Below are positions 1-7,989 of a stretch of DNA of 20,000 nucleotides, piece after piece. The DNA is from an uncultured virus (IMG/VR IMGVR_UViG_3300033145_002040) (Duplodnaviria > Heunggongvirae > Uroviricota > Caudoviricetes): IMG/VR virus record IMGVR_UViG_3300033145_002040, one strand, 5' to 3'. Under the pieces are notes generated by a model that made no database searches, was not told the origin of the DNA, and saw only the letters and a list, made by a program, of their open reading frames with translations. Numbering within the stretch: position 1 is the stretch's first letter; every line of letters begins with the position of its first letter. Made by a program: the position numbers and the translations under genes.

Positions 1-321
1 ATTTTTATCATCAACAGCTCTATCATAAACATAAATAACTCCTATTTTGCCATCATTATCTTTAACCTCAACCGGTGTATATCCAGCACTTCTTTCCATT
101 TTATCTATCCTATCAAATACCTCATCTGACAAACTATATAATTCAACATATAATCTTTCCCCGGTGGAAGACGATTTTATCCCGGGATAACTCCATAATA
201 AATAAAGCTTATATCCGTCTATAAAACCTTTTTTAATTAGTCTATTTCTTGGATTATCATCTATTAAAGAATGATTAAAAAATCCCTTCTTTAAACTTCC
301 ATATACAAACATATTTTTCAT
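1..321 (-). CDS. Gamma-glutamylcyclotransferase (GGCT/AIG2-like) family protein, runs off the window edge
   Basis: Manual translation from ATG at 321: MKNMFVYGSLKKGFFNH...SYPG...LYVELYSLSDEVFDRIDKMERSAGY. Matches the FVYGSL..G..NH start and V.GELY..LD..E..Y pattern. Not in the ORF track. Confidence 0.85.
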   Translation of the reverse strand, partial: MKNMFVYGSLKKGFFNHSLIDDNPRNRLIKKGFIDGYKLYLLWSYPGIKSSSTGERLYVELYSLSDEVFDRIDKMERSAGYTPVEVKDNDGKIGVIYVYDRAVDDKN

Positions 322-356
322 TTTTTTTCTCCATTTGTTTTTTTTCAAATTCCATT

Positions 357-677
357 TCAATTTTCATTGCAACTTGTTCTCCATTTAGTAATTTCCCAAA
401 AACCCGAAATAGTACAATATTTTGCTATTATTTCTTTATCAGTTAAATCTAACTCCGTTCTATTGATAACCTCAAGTGTAATATAATCTACATCTTCACA
501 TGTATTTCCAAACATGTTTTCATTATAGAACCAATTCTCTCCATACTCAGAAGCACAAACTTTATCCATATTAGGAAATGGAGTAATAAAAGCACTTCGA
601 ATAGCTATCAAAAAAAACAATATACCAATAATAATAAGAATTATGTTAATAAGTTTTTCTTGTTGTTGTCCATTCAT
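357..677 (-). CDS. Small membrane-anchored protein with a Cys-containing exported domain
   Basis: N-terminal hydrophobic helix LINIILIIIGILFFLIAI; 4 Cys; ATGA overlap with the upstream gene. Confidence 0.7.
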   Translation of the reverse strand: MNGQQQEKLINIILIIIGILFFLIAIRSAFITPFPNMDKVCASEYGENWFYNENMFGNTCEDVDYITLEVINRTELDLTDKEIIAKYCTISGFWEITKWRTSCNEN

Positions 678-850
678 TTTGATTTCTCCTCAGTAAGACG
701 AGCAATCTCTTGTTTACTTTTATTAGTATCTCTTTCGAATGTGCTTATATCTCTGATTAAAATACTATCTTTTAATTTAGATTCTTTAGCCATTTTGTTT
801 CTAATAATAAGCCATCTATCCAAAAACTTTAATTCTTCTTCTTTATTCAT
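674..850 (-). CDS. Hypothetical protein, 58 aa (MNKEEELKFLDRW...)
   Basis: Manual translation; ATGA overlaps at both ends fill the gap exactly. Confidence 0.7.
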   Translation of the reverse strand: MNKEEELKFLDRWLIIRNKMAKESKLKDSILIRDISTFERDTNKSKQEIARLTEEKSK

Positions 851-1059
851 TTTAATTTCTCCAATATTATATATCTCTGCAATCTATCAGAAAATTCTAA
901 TAGTTTTATTCCTCTAGTTAACTCTTCTTTAGTCATTAACTTTTTATCATATGGTTCCATAAATACTTCACAAGCATAGTCATCTAAAACGATTCTTCCC
1001 ATTGCTGTCAACCATAGACCACCTCCCATATTTTCATTTATTATTTTTTCTTTTTCCAT
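847..1059 (-). CDS. Hypothetical protein (probable start MEKEKIINEN at 1059)
   Basis: The track extension to 1173 overlaps the upstream gene and a repeated promoter-like motif. Ends RYIILEKLK. Confidence 0.65.
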   Translation of the reverse strand: MEKEKIINENMGGGLWLTAMGRIVLDDYACEVFMEPYDKKLMTKEELTRGIKLLEFSDRLQRYIILEKLK

Positions 1060-1082
1060 CTTTTGTTTCTCTCTTACTATAT

Positions 1083-1105
1083 AGCAAAGTAAACGACATA
1101 GATAA
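1083..1105 (-). promoter_or_regulatory. 23-bp motif, copy 1 (minus strand TTATCTATGTCGTTTACTTTGCT)
   Basis: Identical to 5311-5333; both lie about 22 nt upstream of a minus-strand ATG. Confidence 0.6.
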
Positions 1106-1144
1106 GTATATATTGATATTTTATTATACCTAAAAGAGTAGAAA

Positions 1145-1462
1145 TTACTGTCCCGCCAATAAGACAAAGCCATTTTCTTTTAAATATTTTCTAACTCTTT
1201 TGAAATATACAACTGAATTATCAAAATTTCTATAAATTATTCTGACTTGTTTTGGGCTAATACTTATTATTTCATAATCTAGGAGATGTCCACATAACGG
1301 ACATCTTTGTTCTTCCAGTTCTGCGTACTCTCTACTATTTGTATTATTAATAAATACACGTCCAGATATTCTACTTGGGAATCTACATTTTGGGCATATG
1401 TCTTTATTCACCATCAGCCACCTCTGCGGTTTCTTTCTGTTTTGCGAAGTTATATTTTTCAT
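1145..1462 (-). CDS. Zinc-ribbon protein
   Basis: CPKC...CPLCGH motifs. Confidence 0.7.
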   Translation of the reverse strand: MKNITSQNRKKPQRWLMVNKDICPKCRFPSRISGRVFINNTNSREYAELEEQRCPLCGHLLDYEIISISPKQVRIIYRNFDNSVVYFKRVRKYLKENGFVLLAGQ

Positions 1463-1540
1463 GTATTGTCACAATATTATAAAAACAATATAAAAAGATA
1501 CTAAGCACAAATATTAAAAACACTGTAGATAAGCGTTCTA

Positions 1541-1843
1541 TCATTTTTCACCTTCCACCACATTTTCTTCTGATTTTGTGTCGTTTAATGATTCTAGATA
1601 ATCATTTTGTTTATGGATATATTGATGCATCTTTCTAATTTCTCCATCAATTTTATCATTTATAATTAAGTCTAATAATTTGAATACTTCTCGGTGTTTT
1701 AATTTCGCATTTCTAATTATTTCCTTTGTTTCGTTAGTTGGTTTTATTACTTTATTATATAAAATTCTATTTCTCAAAACAAGATACTGGATTATTTGTC
1801 TTTTATCAACTTTAGTTCTTATGTTTTGTAGATTACTTTTCAT
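1541..1843 (-). CDS. Hypothetical protein
   Basis: ORF track; GAGGTGA RBS; ATGA overlap. Confidence 0.7.
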   Translation of the reverse strand: MKSNLQNIRTKVDKRQIIQYLVLRNRILYNKVIKPTNETKEIIRNAKLKHREVFKLLDLIINDKIDGEIRKMHQYIHKQNDYLESLNDTKSEENVVEGEK

Positions 1844-2001
1844 ATTTTCACCTCAGCAGTTTCTTCTGATAAAACGAAGTTACTTAATATCTCTGTATTC
1901 AAATTATTTTCAGATATTACTGTTTTTATTTTTTCCCACTCATAAACATTATTAAATTTAAATCTAACTACTATCTCTCTTTTAGTGTGGTATTTAGACA
2001 T
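1840..2001 (-). CDS. Hypothetical protein, 53 aa (MSKYHTKREIVVRF...)
   Basis: Manual translation; GAGGT RBS; overlaps both neighbours. Confidence 0.65.
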   Translation of the reverse strand: MSKYHTKREIVVRFKFNNVYEWEKIKTVISENNLNTEILSNFVLSEETAEVKI

Positions 2002-2167
2002 CGTCTACCTCACAAAATGCGTCGTTTAATTTAAAAAATCTTGTTTTCCCAGCACATTTTCCTTTTTCCCAGAATGTAATCTCTGCTAATTCATTTTCTG
2101 GGTCGTTTTCTATATCATTGTATTCATCAAAATCTATTTCAACATATTCTTTATTATCTAATTTCAT
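1994..2167 (-). CDS. Hypothetical acidic protein, 57 aa (MKLDNKEYVEIDFDEY...)
   Basis: Manual translation; ATGA overlap with 2164-2418. Confidence 0.65.
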   Translation of the reverse strand: MKLDNKEYVEIDFDEYNDIENDPENELAEITFWEKGKCAGKTRFFKLNDAFCEVDDV

Positions 2168-2418
2168 TTCTTTCTACTCCCAAATTTATCTTCTCCGAAA
2201 TGTTCTTCTGTCTTTTCTGCGTGTGATTTTTCTTTTATTGGATTGAGTAATAATGTAGTTTCTTTCGTTCTTTCTTTCCCATACTTAAGGCTTAGGCAAT
2301 CGTAAACTTCATTTAATGGACAATATTCATTTGTGCAAGTTTTATTACTGCATTTAATTCCGGAAAAATTCATACATCGTCTTGCAATTTTTATGTTATC
2401 TTTTATTGATTTATCCAT
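2164..2418 (-). CDS. Cys-rich hypothetical protein
   Basis: C-x7-C-x4-C-x4-CPLN pattern. Confidence 0.65.
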   Translation of the reverse strand: MDKSIKDNIKIARRCMNFSGIKCSNKTCTNEYCPLNEVYDCLSLKYGKERTKETTLLLNPIKEKSHAEKTEEHFGEDKFGSRKK

Positions 2419-2457
2419 ATTGTTCCTCTGCAGTTTTTACATCTTTGTTTTCCCATA

Positions 2458-2622
2458 CTAATCAGATTGCGAATTAATAAGAAAATTTATTTGTTGCTTG
2501 GTTATTGTATTTGCACAACATTCACATATTGGAACCCTTTTAAACTTTATATTAAAATATCCTGCTTCGATTAACTCACCATTATAATCTTCAATATCAT
2601 TTCCACAGACTTTGCATTTCAT
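2458..2622 (-). CDS. Zinc-finger micro-protein, 54 aa (MKCKVCG...ICECCA)
   Basis: Manual translation; two CxxC; one added T near 2459 would extend it to overlap the next ATG. Confidence 0.7.
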   Translation of the reverse strand: MKCKVCGNDIEDYNGELIEAGYFNIKFKRVPICECCANTITKQQINFLINSQSD

Positions 2623-2792
2623 TGCGTCTCCTTTTTGGTTTCGGAATCCTTACAATAACACTCCCAACATTTAGTTTTATCTCCGTTTAGTCCAACTGAA
2701 TCAATCCAGTCTAAATAAGCTGTCATAGATAAAAAATTATCATTTAAAATAATTGCTCCGTTTGTTTTATGTCCGCATTTATATTTTACCAT
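2619..2792 (-). CDS. Zinc-finger micro-protein, 57 aa (MVKYKCGH...KCWECY)
   Basis: Manual translation; CGH and CxxC; ATGA overlap. Confidence 0.7.
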   Translation of the reverse strand: MVKYKCGHKTNGAIILNDNFLSMTAYLDWIDSVGLNGDKTKCWECYCKDSETKKETQ

Positions 2793-2799
2793 ATTCGCC

Positions 2800-3234
2800 T
2801 TAACTATCCTTCAAGTCCTCAATCTTCCAAGTGTCTGAACATTCCTCTTGAGGATTTATTATATTTATTTGAAATTTAGTTCCATATCCAGATATTTCAT
2901 ATTTATTTTTATTATCTTTTACTTCTATTTCTAAATCATCTGCTAGAGTTCTAAGTTGGTCTATTGTTACTATCATTCCTTGTCTTTTTACTTGTTGGGA
3001 TGTTTGTTTAAATTTGTACCCCTCTTTAGCTATTTCAAATAAATCTTTTTCATTTGAACTCCAATCCTGCTCATTATAAAATGCAAAAACACATCTGCCG
3101 AATGCTTCCCAAAGTTCTAATCTCTTTCTAACCCAATTAATATCATCTCTTCGTCCATCCCATGTAGTATGAGCTAGTCCGTTGTTAAGACCTTCTACTA
3201 TTGCATTATACCATTCTTGTATTTTTGTTCCCAT
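2800..3234 (-). CDS. Hypothetical protein
   Basis: ORF track; AAGGAG RBS. Confidence 0.75.
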   Translation of the reverse strand: MGTKIQEWYNAIVEGLNNGLAHTTWDGRRDDINWVRKRLELWEAFGRCVFAFYNEQDWSSNEKDLFEIAKEGYKFKQTSQQVKRQGMIVTIDQLRTLADDLEIEVKDNKNKYEISGYGTKFQINIINPQEECSDTWKIEDLKDS

Positions 3235-3252
3235 TGTTTTTCTAGCTCCTTT

Positions 3253-3630
3253 TTAATCTGCATGTAACATAACATTGTCTGGAATATCATTTATTCTATA
3301 TTTTAACTCTTCCCTTAGTATTCTTTCTATTTCTGTATCTTTAATATGGACTTGCGTTTTAAGTATATTTTTAATATGTTGTGTTTCTAAATCTTTTATT
3401 AAAATCAATTTACAGGTTAAATCTTTTTTATTAAGTTGCCCCCATGATTCAATTTCCCTAATGATTTTATGTGGCAAATCATAGCTAGACATCTCTGCGT
3501 TCCATGTACTCATTCCATCTTCTACTATGCCTAAATTTATTAATAATTGTCCAAATCTTAAATCATAGTTAGCTTCCCATTCCTTAGTAAGCCAATCCAT
3601 AAATGGCTTGATTCTTTTTTTGTTTCTCAT
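3253..3630 (-). CDS. Conserved virus-type hypothetical protein (MR...RI...W...DLRFGQL N-terminus, DUF1040/YihD-like)
   Basis: MRNKKRI...EWEANYDLRFGQLL pattern recognised by eye. Confidence 0.6.
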   Translation of the reverse strand: MRNKKRIKPFMDWLTKEWEANYDLRFGQLLINLGIVEDGMSTWNAEMSSYDLPHKIIREIESWGQLNKKDLTCKLILIKDLETQHIKNILKTQVHIKDTEIERILREELKYRINDIPDNVMLHAD

Positions 3631-3642
3631 CTTTTTGTTTTG

Positions 3643-3873
3643 TTATTCATCTTCTCCTTTTTCTTTGTCTGATATTATAATGTCAGCAGGGGAAGAGAAT
3701 GGCAGGTGAGACGATGAATCCACCACTTTTGTTATAACGCCGTCCCTTTTTGTTTGGGCATCTTCCTTTTTCCCTTGCACATCATCATGAGGTTTCCCTC
3801 CTTTAGGTAGCTGACTATGATTTGATTGTTTTTCTTCCATTTTTTTTGTTATTACTATCTTACTTTTCCCCAT
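3643..3873 (-). CDS. Hypothetical low-complexity or disordered protein
   Basis: ORF track; AAGGA RBS; fits the gene run. Confidence 0.5.
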   Translation of the reverse strand: MGKSKIVITKKMEEKQSNHSQLPKGGKPHDDVQGKKEDAQTKRDGVITKVVDSSSHLPFSSPADIIISDKEKGEDE

Positions 3874-3904
3874 TGTTTCCTTCTGTTGACATATTATCTC
3901 CGTT

Positions 3905-4135
3905 AGTATAAAATCACTTGTGATTATAAAATGTGGGCTTACGTGTTTCTTTGCTGTTAGCTTAGCAATTTAATGCTGTCCCTTTTCACCCACATTACCA
4001 GTCTTTCAACCAGTTCCGAATTATCGGTGTCAGCCCTTGCCGGACGTCCTACTGTCAAGTGGGACAATGCAAACGGTGGGAAAATTGCACCCACGATTAA
4101 TCTGTTTTCATTCACAACCTTTTCCCCAATTTTAT
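3905..4135 (-). ncRNA. Candidate structured non-coding RNA with a tRNA-like 5' module
   Basis: GC-enriched gap with consecutive hairpins, a GAAA tetraloop and G-U pairs that work only on the minus strand; lies downstream of a BRE-TATA-like element. Confidence 0.5.
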
Positions 4136-4158
4136 TCTCTATTGGTAATATTATAGGA

Positions 4159-4175
4159 TTTATAAACCTTTCGGT
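4159..4175 (-). promoter_or_regulatory. Archaeal-type BRE-TATA promoter
   Basis: Minus strand ACCGAAAGG-TTTATAAA in an intergenic region that follows a T-rich tract. Confidence 0.6.
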
Positions 4176-4298
4176 ACTACTTAATAGTAGTTCTTATAAT
4201 CATCATTCTATGCACTCTTGTACTACTTCTCTATATAAAAACCATTGCTATTAGTTCTTATAATATCAAAAAAATAAAAATAAAAATTGATTTTTAAT

Positions 4299-4709
4299 TT
4301 ACTTCTGGGTCTTTTTCTTATCCATACCAATCTTCTTTAAGATTGTCTTCTTCTCCACTTTAAAGATAGGTGTTAATTTATAACCAATTATATCCCCAGC
4401 CCAGTCATCATCCAGAGCAACGCACCTAGCTTCTTTGGACATTTCATCCTCTTTTACAAACAAATCTGACGTATTCTTACAACCTGTTCCATAAACCATA
4501 TATCTAACTAAATCTTCTTTAATAACTTTCCCGTTTCTTGAAACTAACTTGAAATCAGATGCATCATAGAAATCTTCTTCTCCTTTATCATCCACTATTT
4601 CTGGGTCATTTTCGTAATCGATATCTATAACTTTATATTTTTTCTCTTTAACCAAATAGTCAAATGAAATGATAGGCGATATTTCGTCTCCAATTTTAAA
4701 TTTTTCCAT
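4299..4709 (-). CDS. Hypothetical protein with an N-terminal SH3/KOW-like FKIGD domain
   Basis: MEKFKIGDEI...YKVIDID; GGAGGT RBS. Confidence 0.7.
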   Translation of the reverse strand: MEKFKIGDEISPIISFDYLVKEKKYKVIDIDYENDPEIVDDKGEEDFYDASDFKLVSRNGKVIKEDLVRYMVYGTGCKNTSDLFVKEDEMSKEARCVALDDDWAGDIIGYKLTPIFKVEKKTILKKIGMDKKKTQK

Positions 4710-5140
4710 TATTTTTCAACCTCCTTATAACACTTACTAATATTATCATACTGCCTCAATGGACAATCGTCCTCTAAATGATTTCTAACAAGCTCTACAA
4801 CTTTATCTCTTCTACTATTACTCCAATTTAAATGTTTAGCTAATCTCAAAACCATATCTACCCCAAGTTTTTCATGCCTTATATAATTAGAATACCCCTT
4901 AGGGTTTTCACTCCTGACGAACGGCTTAGCTATATCATGTAACAATGCCGACCATCTTAAATCTAAATCTTTCGGGGTTGCTTCAACAACTTTTTTCGTA
5001 TGAGTATCTAATGTGAATGAATGATATTGACTATTTTGATTATAATTAAGTTGTAGTCCTAGTTCTGGTATCATAAACCTAAATAATCCAGTTTCCCATA
5101 ATAAATCTAATCCATAGCTAACCTTATCAGATAGCATCAT
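4709..5140 (-). CDS. Stand-alone HD-domain protein homologous to the C-terminal half of CCA-adding enzyme/poly(A) polymerase
   Basis: GLDLLWETGLF..IPEL, Q...YH...THT, LRWSALLHDIAKP, HEKLG, LVRNH motifs; no nucleotidyltransferase head upstream. Confidence 0.8.
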   Translation of the reverse strand: MMLSDKVSYGLDLLWETGLFRFMIPELGLQLNYNQNSQYHSFTLDTHTKKVVEATPKDLDLRWSALLHDIAKPFVRSENPKGYSNYIRHEKLGVDMVLRLAKHLNWSNSRRDKVVELVRNHLEDDCPLRQYDNISKCYKEVEK

Positions 5141-5142
5141 TT

Positions 5143-5289
5143 TTAAATCTCACACCTAAACTTATTATAAAACTTATTTAACTCATTAGCCAACTGCTTT
5201 ATTTCATCTTCATTTAACGGCTCTCTTATTTCAAATGTAGATGTAACTGAACTAACTGCTAATCTTAATTCTTCTTTATTTAATACCAT
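5143..5289 (-). CDS. Hypothetical protein, 48 aa (MVLNKEELRLAV...)
   Basis: Manual translation; GAGGA RBS; ends 2 nt before the HD gene. Confidence 0.6.
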   Translation of the reverse strand: MVLNKEELRLAVSSVTSTFEIREPLNEDEIKQLANELNKFYNKFRCEI

Positions 5290-5310
5290 TTTTATTCCTC
5301 TATATATATA

Positions 5311-5333
5311 AGCAAAGTAAACGACATAGATAA
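5311..5333 (-). promoter_or_regulatory. 23-bp motif, copy 2
   Basis: Identical to 1083-1105. Confidence 0.6.
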
Positions 5334-5370
5334 ACTATGAAGCATAGGAAACAACGCTACGCTGATAAAT

Positions 5371-5829
5371 CTATACTAAAACATATGCCTTCATTTTAAA
5401 CTTCTGTGTAACCTTTCTTATGCTCAACCGAGACATAGAATAAACACCACGAAGATTCTCTGGTTTCCTCCTATTCTTTTCCATCATAATTGAATAAGAG
5501 CCATAGTCTTGAGAAAAAAGAGGGCAATTCCTAAAAAAGGTTATCGTCTTAGTTATATACTCTTCTTTAATTTTTTCTTCATTTTTTAATTCATTGATAA
5601 TAGCTCGCAGAACTCTTCTTCTTGTTCTCGGATTAATATCATCACTAAAAAAAGACTTTAAAAAAGCACTATTCACATAGGAATAGTTTAATGTTTTTAA
5701 ATAATTATATAAATTTGTTTTTGCAGATGACAACGCCATCTTACGATTATTCCCCCTTAGCCCTATAACCCTAGTTATCTTACTTTCAACTATATTTATA
5801 TTTACTATATTTTGTTTTTCCATCTTCAT
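5371..5829 (-). CDS. Basic hypothetical protein, possibly DNA-binding
   Basis: K/R-rich; ATG at 5829 lies 27 nt from the start of a TATA box (leaderless geometry). Confidence 0.65.
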   Translation of the reverse strand: MKMEKQNIVNINIVESKITRVIGLRGNNRKMALSSAKTNLYNYLKTLNYSYVNSAFLKSFFSDDINPRTRRRVLRAIINELKNEEKIKEEYITKTITFFRNCPLFSQDYGSYSIMMEKNRRKPENLRGVYSMSRLSIRKVTQKFKMKAYVLV

Positions 5830-5848
5830 TATAATTAAATACAATTAG

Positions 5849-5865
5849 TATTTAAATTTTTTGGT
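5849..5865 (-). promoter_or_regulatory. Archaeal-type BRE-TATA promoter
   Basis: Minus strand ACCAAAAAA-TTTAAATA, preceded by a T-tract near 5895-5903. Confidence 0.55.
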
Positions 5866-5947
5866 ATCACTTTTGAATTACAAACAAATAACCCGAAAAA
5901 AAAGGGGTATAAAAATAAAAATTATTATTATAAGTATCTACTTATAT

Positions 5948-6550
5948 CTACTTCTTAACATCAAAAACCTTAATATCTTCAAGAACATCATTAAGAACTC
6001 CTTGGTTTTCACCAATACTTTCCTCAACAGCGTCTTTCACATTAAACAATTCTGTTAAAAGTTCCTCAGCTTGTTCTCTCTGCATTTCCTTTCTCGCATT
6101 TAGAACATTATCTTTAGCCTTTTTCAAAATAGCTTTGTCTAATTTCTTAATATCATTAATATCCATCTTGTTGTTTTTGAGTTTATTATTTACAATATAA
6201 GGATTTGCTTCTCCGTCAAAATATATTGAGCTTGTCGTTTCATCTTCCCATTTAATCTGGATAGATGACTCTTCAACTTCCATGATAGTAGCAGATTCCC
6301 CATCATGCCTTTTACAATCACTATATGCTGTATATGATTTTAGCTTTACTTGTAATCCAACCTTAAAAGTGCTAGTAATACTTTCTACAAATTCTAAGCT
6401 ATTTACCGAATGTCCTATCCCAAAATGTTCTAAAGAAAGATTTCCAAAATAACCCAACCTAGAAACGACATCTTCATCTCCAACCATCATCCCATTATGT
6501 TCACCAGTTATCCTACGAACTTTGTCTCCTATATTAAATTTTTCACTCAT
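5948..6550 (-). CDS. Tandem SH3/KOW-like domain protein with C-terminal coiled coil (paralogue of 16746-17405)
   Basis: Two F.(I/V)G..V repeats; DIKKLDKAILKKA tail; TGAAAGGAGGT RBS. Confidence 0.75.
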   Translation of the reverse strand: MSEKFNIGDKVRRITGEHNGMMVGDEDVVSRLGYFGNLSLEHFGIGHSVNSLEFVESITSTFKVGLQVKLKSYTAYSDCKRHDGESATIMEVEESSIQIKWEDETTSSIYFDGEANPYIVNNKLKNNKMDINDIKKLDKAILKKAKDNVLNARKEMQREQAEELLTELFNVKDAVEESIGENQGVLNDVLEDIKVFDVKK

Positions 6551-6587
6551 TTTATTATACCTCCTTTCAATAATGTTAAAACATTAT

Positions 6588-6851
6588 TCATTCTTGAATA
6601 CTTATAGAATTATCTAATTCTAATTTCTCAAGAATAACTCTCTTTATATTTATATTTGATTCATATAAAATATCATCTATCTTATACACAAGTTCAGATA
6701 AATCACAATAATCATCATTAGAACCATCTCTCCCTTTATTCTCATAATAACTACTTATCATAACCTTTATCTTCGCTAACGCTGTGTCACTATTATATTT
6801 CTCCTTAATTCCTTTTTTCATTTTGTCGTCATCTGTCATTTTAAACTCCAA
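6588..6851 (-). CDS. Hypothetical protein with the shared C-terminal motif
   Basis: ORF track; ...KRVILEKL... Confidence 0.7.
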   Translation of the reverse strand: MEFKMTDDDKMKKGIKEKYNSDTALAKIKVMISSYYENKGRDGSNDDYCDLSELVYKIDDILYESNINIKRVILEKLELDNSISIQE

Positions 6852-7263
6852 TCTTATCTTTCCAACTAAGTTTATTAAGAACTATCTCCTTAAAAGTTTT
6901 AACCCTTAAATCATCACACATACATTTTCCATTACAGTCTTTGTTCCCATCATCATCTCTATAATAATGAAAACACTTTCCGCACTTATGTTTACTAATT
7001 ATATCCTTAGCTACACTATCATCAACTCTACTATTCTCATTAAATAATAGTTGAATATCTTTTTTTGGATTACCTTGCCCATCCCCAAAAATACCACATC
7101 CCCACAATTCAAAACAATCATCAAATCCACAAATCTGAATCGCACCTTCCCTATCGTGAGAAGTCCCAGACGGAGTAAAGATATTACCAATTATTTTTTC
7201 GTTTAAGCTATCTACTATGCTAACACTCCTACAATCTTTATCAATCCTAAATTCTATATTCAT
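6841..7263 (-). CDS. Hypothetical Cys-containing protein with the shared C-terminal motif
   Basis: CGKC...C...CMC; ...KEIVLNKL... Confidence 0.75.
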   Translation of the reverse strand: MNIEFRIDKDCRSVSIVDSLNEKIIGNIFTPSGTSHDREGAIQICGFDDCFELWGCGIFGDGQGNPKKDIQLLFNENSRVDDSVAKDIISKHKCGKCFHYYRDDDGNKDCNGKCMCDDLRVKTFKEIVLNKLSWKDKIGV

Positions 7264-7478
7264 TTTCCTAAGCTCCTAAGCATCTCTTTTTTAATTAACT
7301 TATTATAAAAATCATCTTGATGATTGATAAATTCTCTTATTTTTTTCTTAGATAATTTGGTTTTATTCTGAAGATATATTTCTAATATCTCATCATCAAT
7401 TCCACAATTCCTTAACTTAATAAATTTATCTCTGACTTCGGTTAATCTTTTGTTTAGTGTTTCTATTTTATCTACCAT
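7260..7478 (-). CDS. Hypothetical helical protein with the shared C-terminal motif
   Basis: ORF track; ATGA overlap; ...KKEMLRSLGK. Confidence 0.75.
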   Translation of the reverse strand: MVDKIETLNKRLTEVRDKFIKLRNCGIDDEILEIYLQNKTKLSKKKIREFINHQDDFYNKLIKKEMLRSLGK

Positions 7479-7483
7479 TTTAT

Positions 7484-7720
7484 TTAAATGTTATTTTTAA
7501 TCATCATATCTTCATCAATTTCTTCATTGCAATTAGCACATATATACACACATTCTTCAACCCCATCAACCATATTATCTAATAGAGAATCTTCTTCTTC
7601 TATTATCTCAACCCTAGAGGATAGTTTCCTTAAAAAAACTGAATGGCTACATTTGGGACATGATAAAATTTTCTTTCCATTTAATGCTCTTAGTATATTT
7701 TCTTTTATTTCTTTCATCAC
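7484..7720 (-). CDS. Zinc-ribbon protein
   Basis: CPKC...YICANC. Confidence 0.75.
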   Translation of the reverse strand: MMKEIKENILRALNGKKILSCPKCSHSVFLRKLSSRVEIIEEEDSLLDNMVDGVEECVYICANCNEEIDEDMMIKNNI

Positions 7721-7986
7721 AAACTCTTTATTATTTTAGTTTTAACCAGCTTTTTATAACTCTCTTTTTTATTAGCTTTTGCGATTGTAATTTTATTTAA
7801 AAATTTATTAAAGCAGTCGTTACAAATAGGTATTCTTTTTTCACTATAATTCCAATAATTATTTTGACTAGAAAGATTAATTTTAATATATCCATCTTCT
7901 CCATTAACCTTATTCTTACAAATCCTACACATAATTCTATCACTAGTCGTTTGTTTAAATTTTATATCTAAATTAAAATTTCCCAT
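7717..7986 (-). CDS. Zinc-finger protein with the shared C-terminal motif
   Basis: CRIC...ICNDC; ...KTKIIKSL. Confidence 0.75.
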   Translation of the reverse strand: MGNFNLDIKFKQTTSDRIMCRICKNKVNGEDGYIKINLSSQNNYWNYSEKRIPICNDCFNKFLNKITIAKANKKESYKKLVKTKIIKSL

Positions 7987-7989
7987 ATT

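Noticed and set aside
4068..4116. Canonical tRNA gene
   Set aside because: No D arm or anticodon arm, the T-loop is not TTCRANY, and no CCA end.
4709..5290. Full-length cca gene broken by a frameshift
   Set aside because: Upstream sequence shows no GG.VRD or D.D nucleotidyltransferase motifs and is too short.
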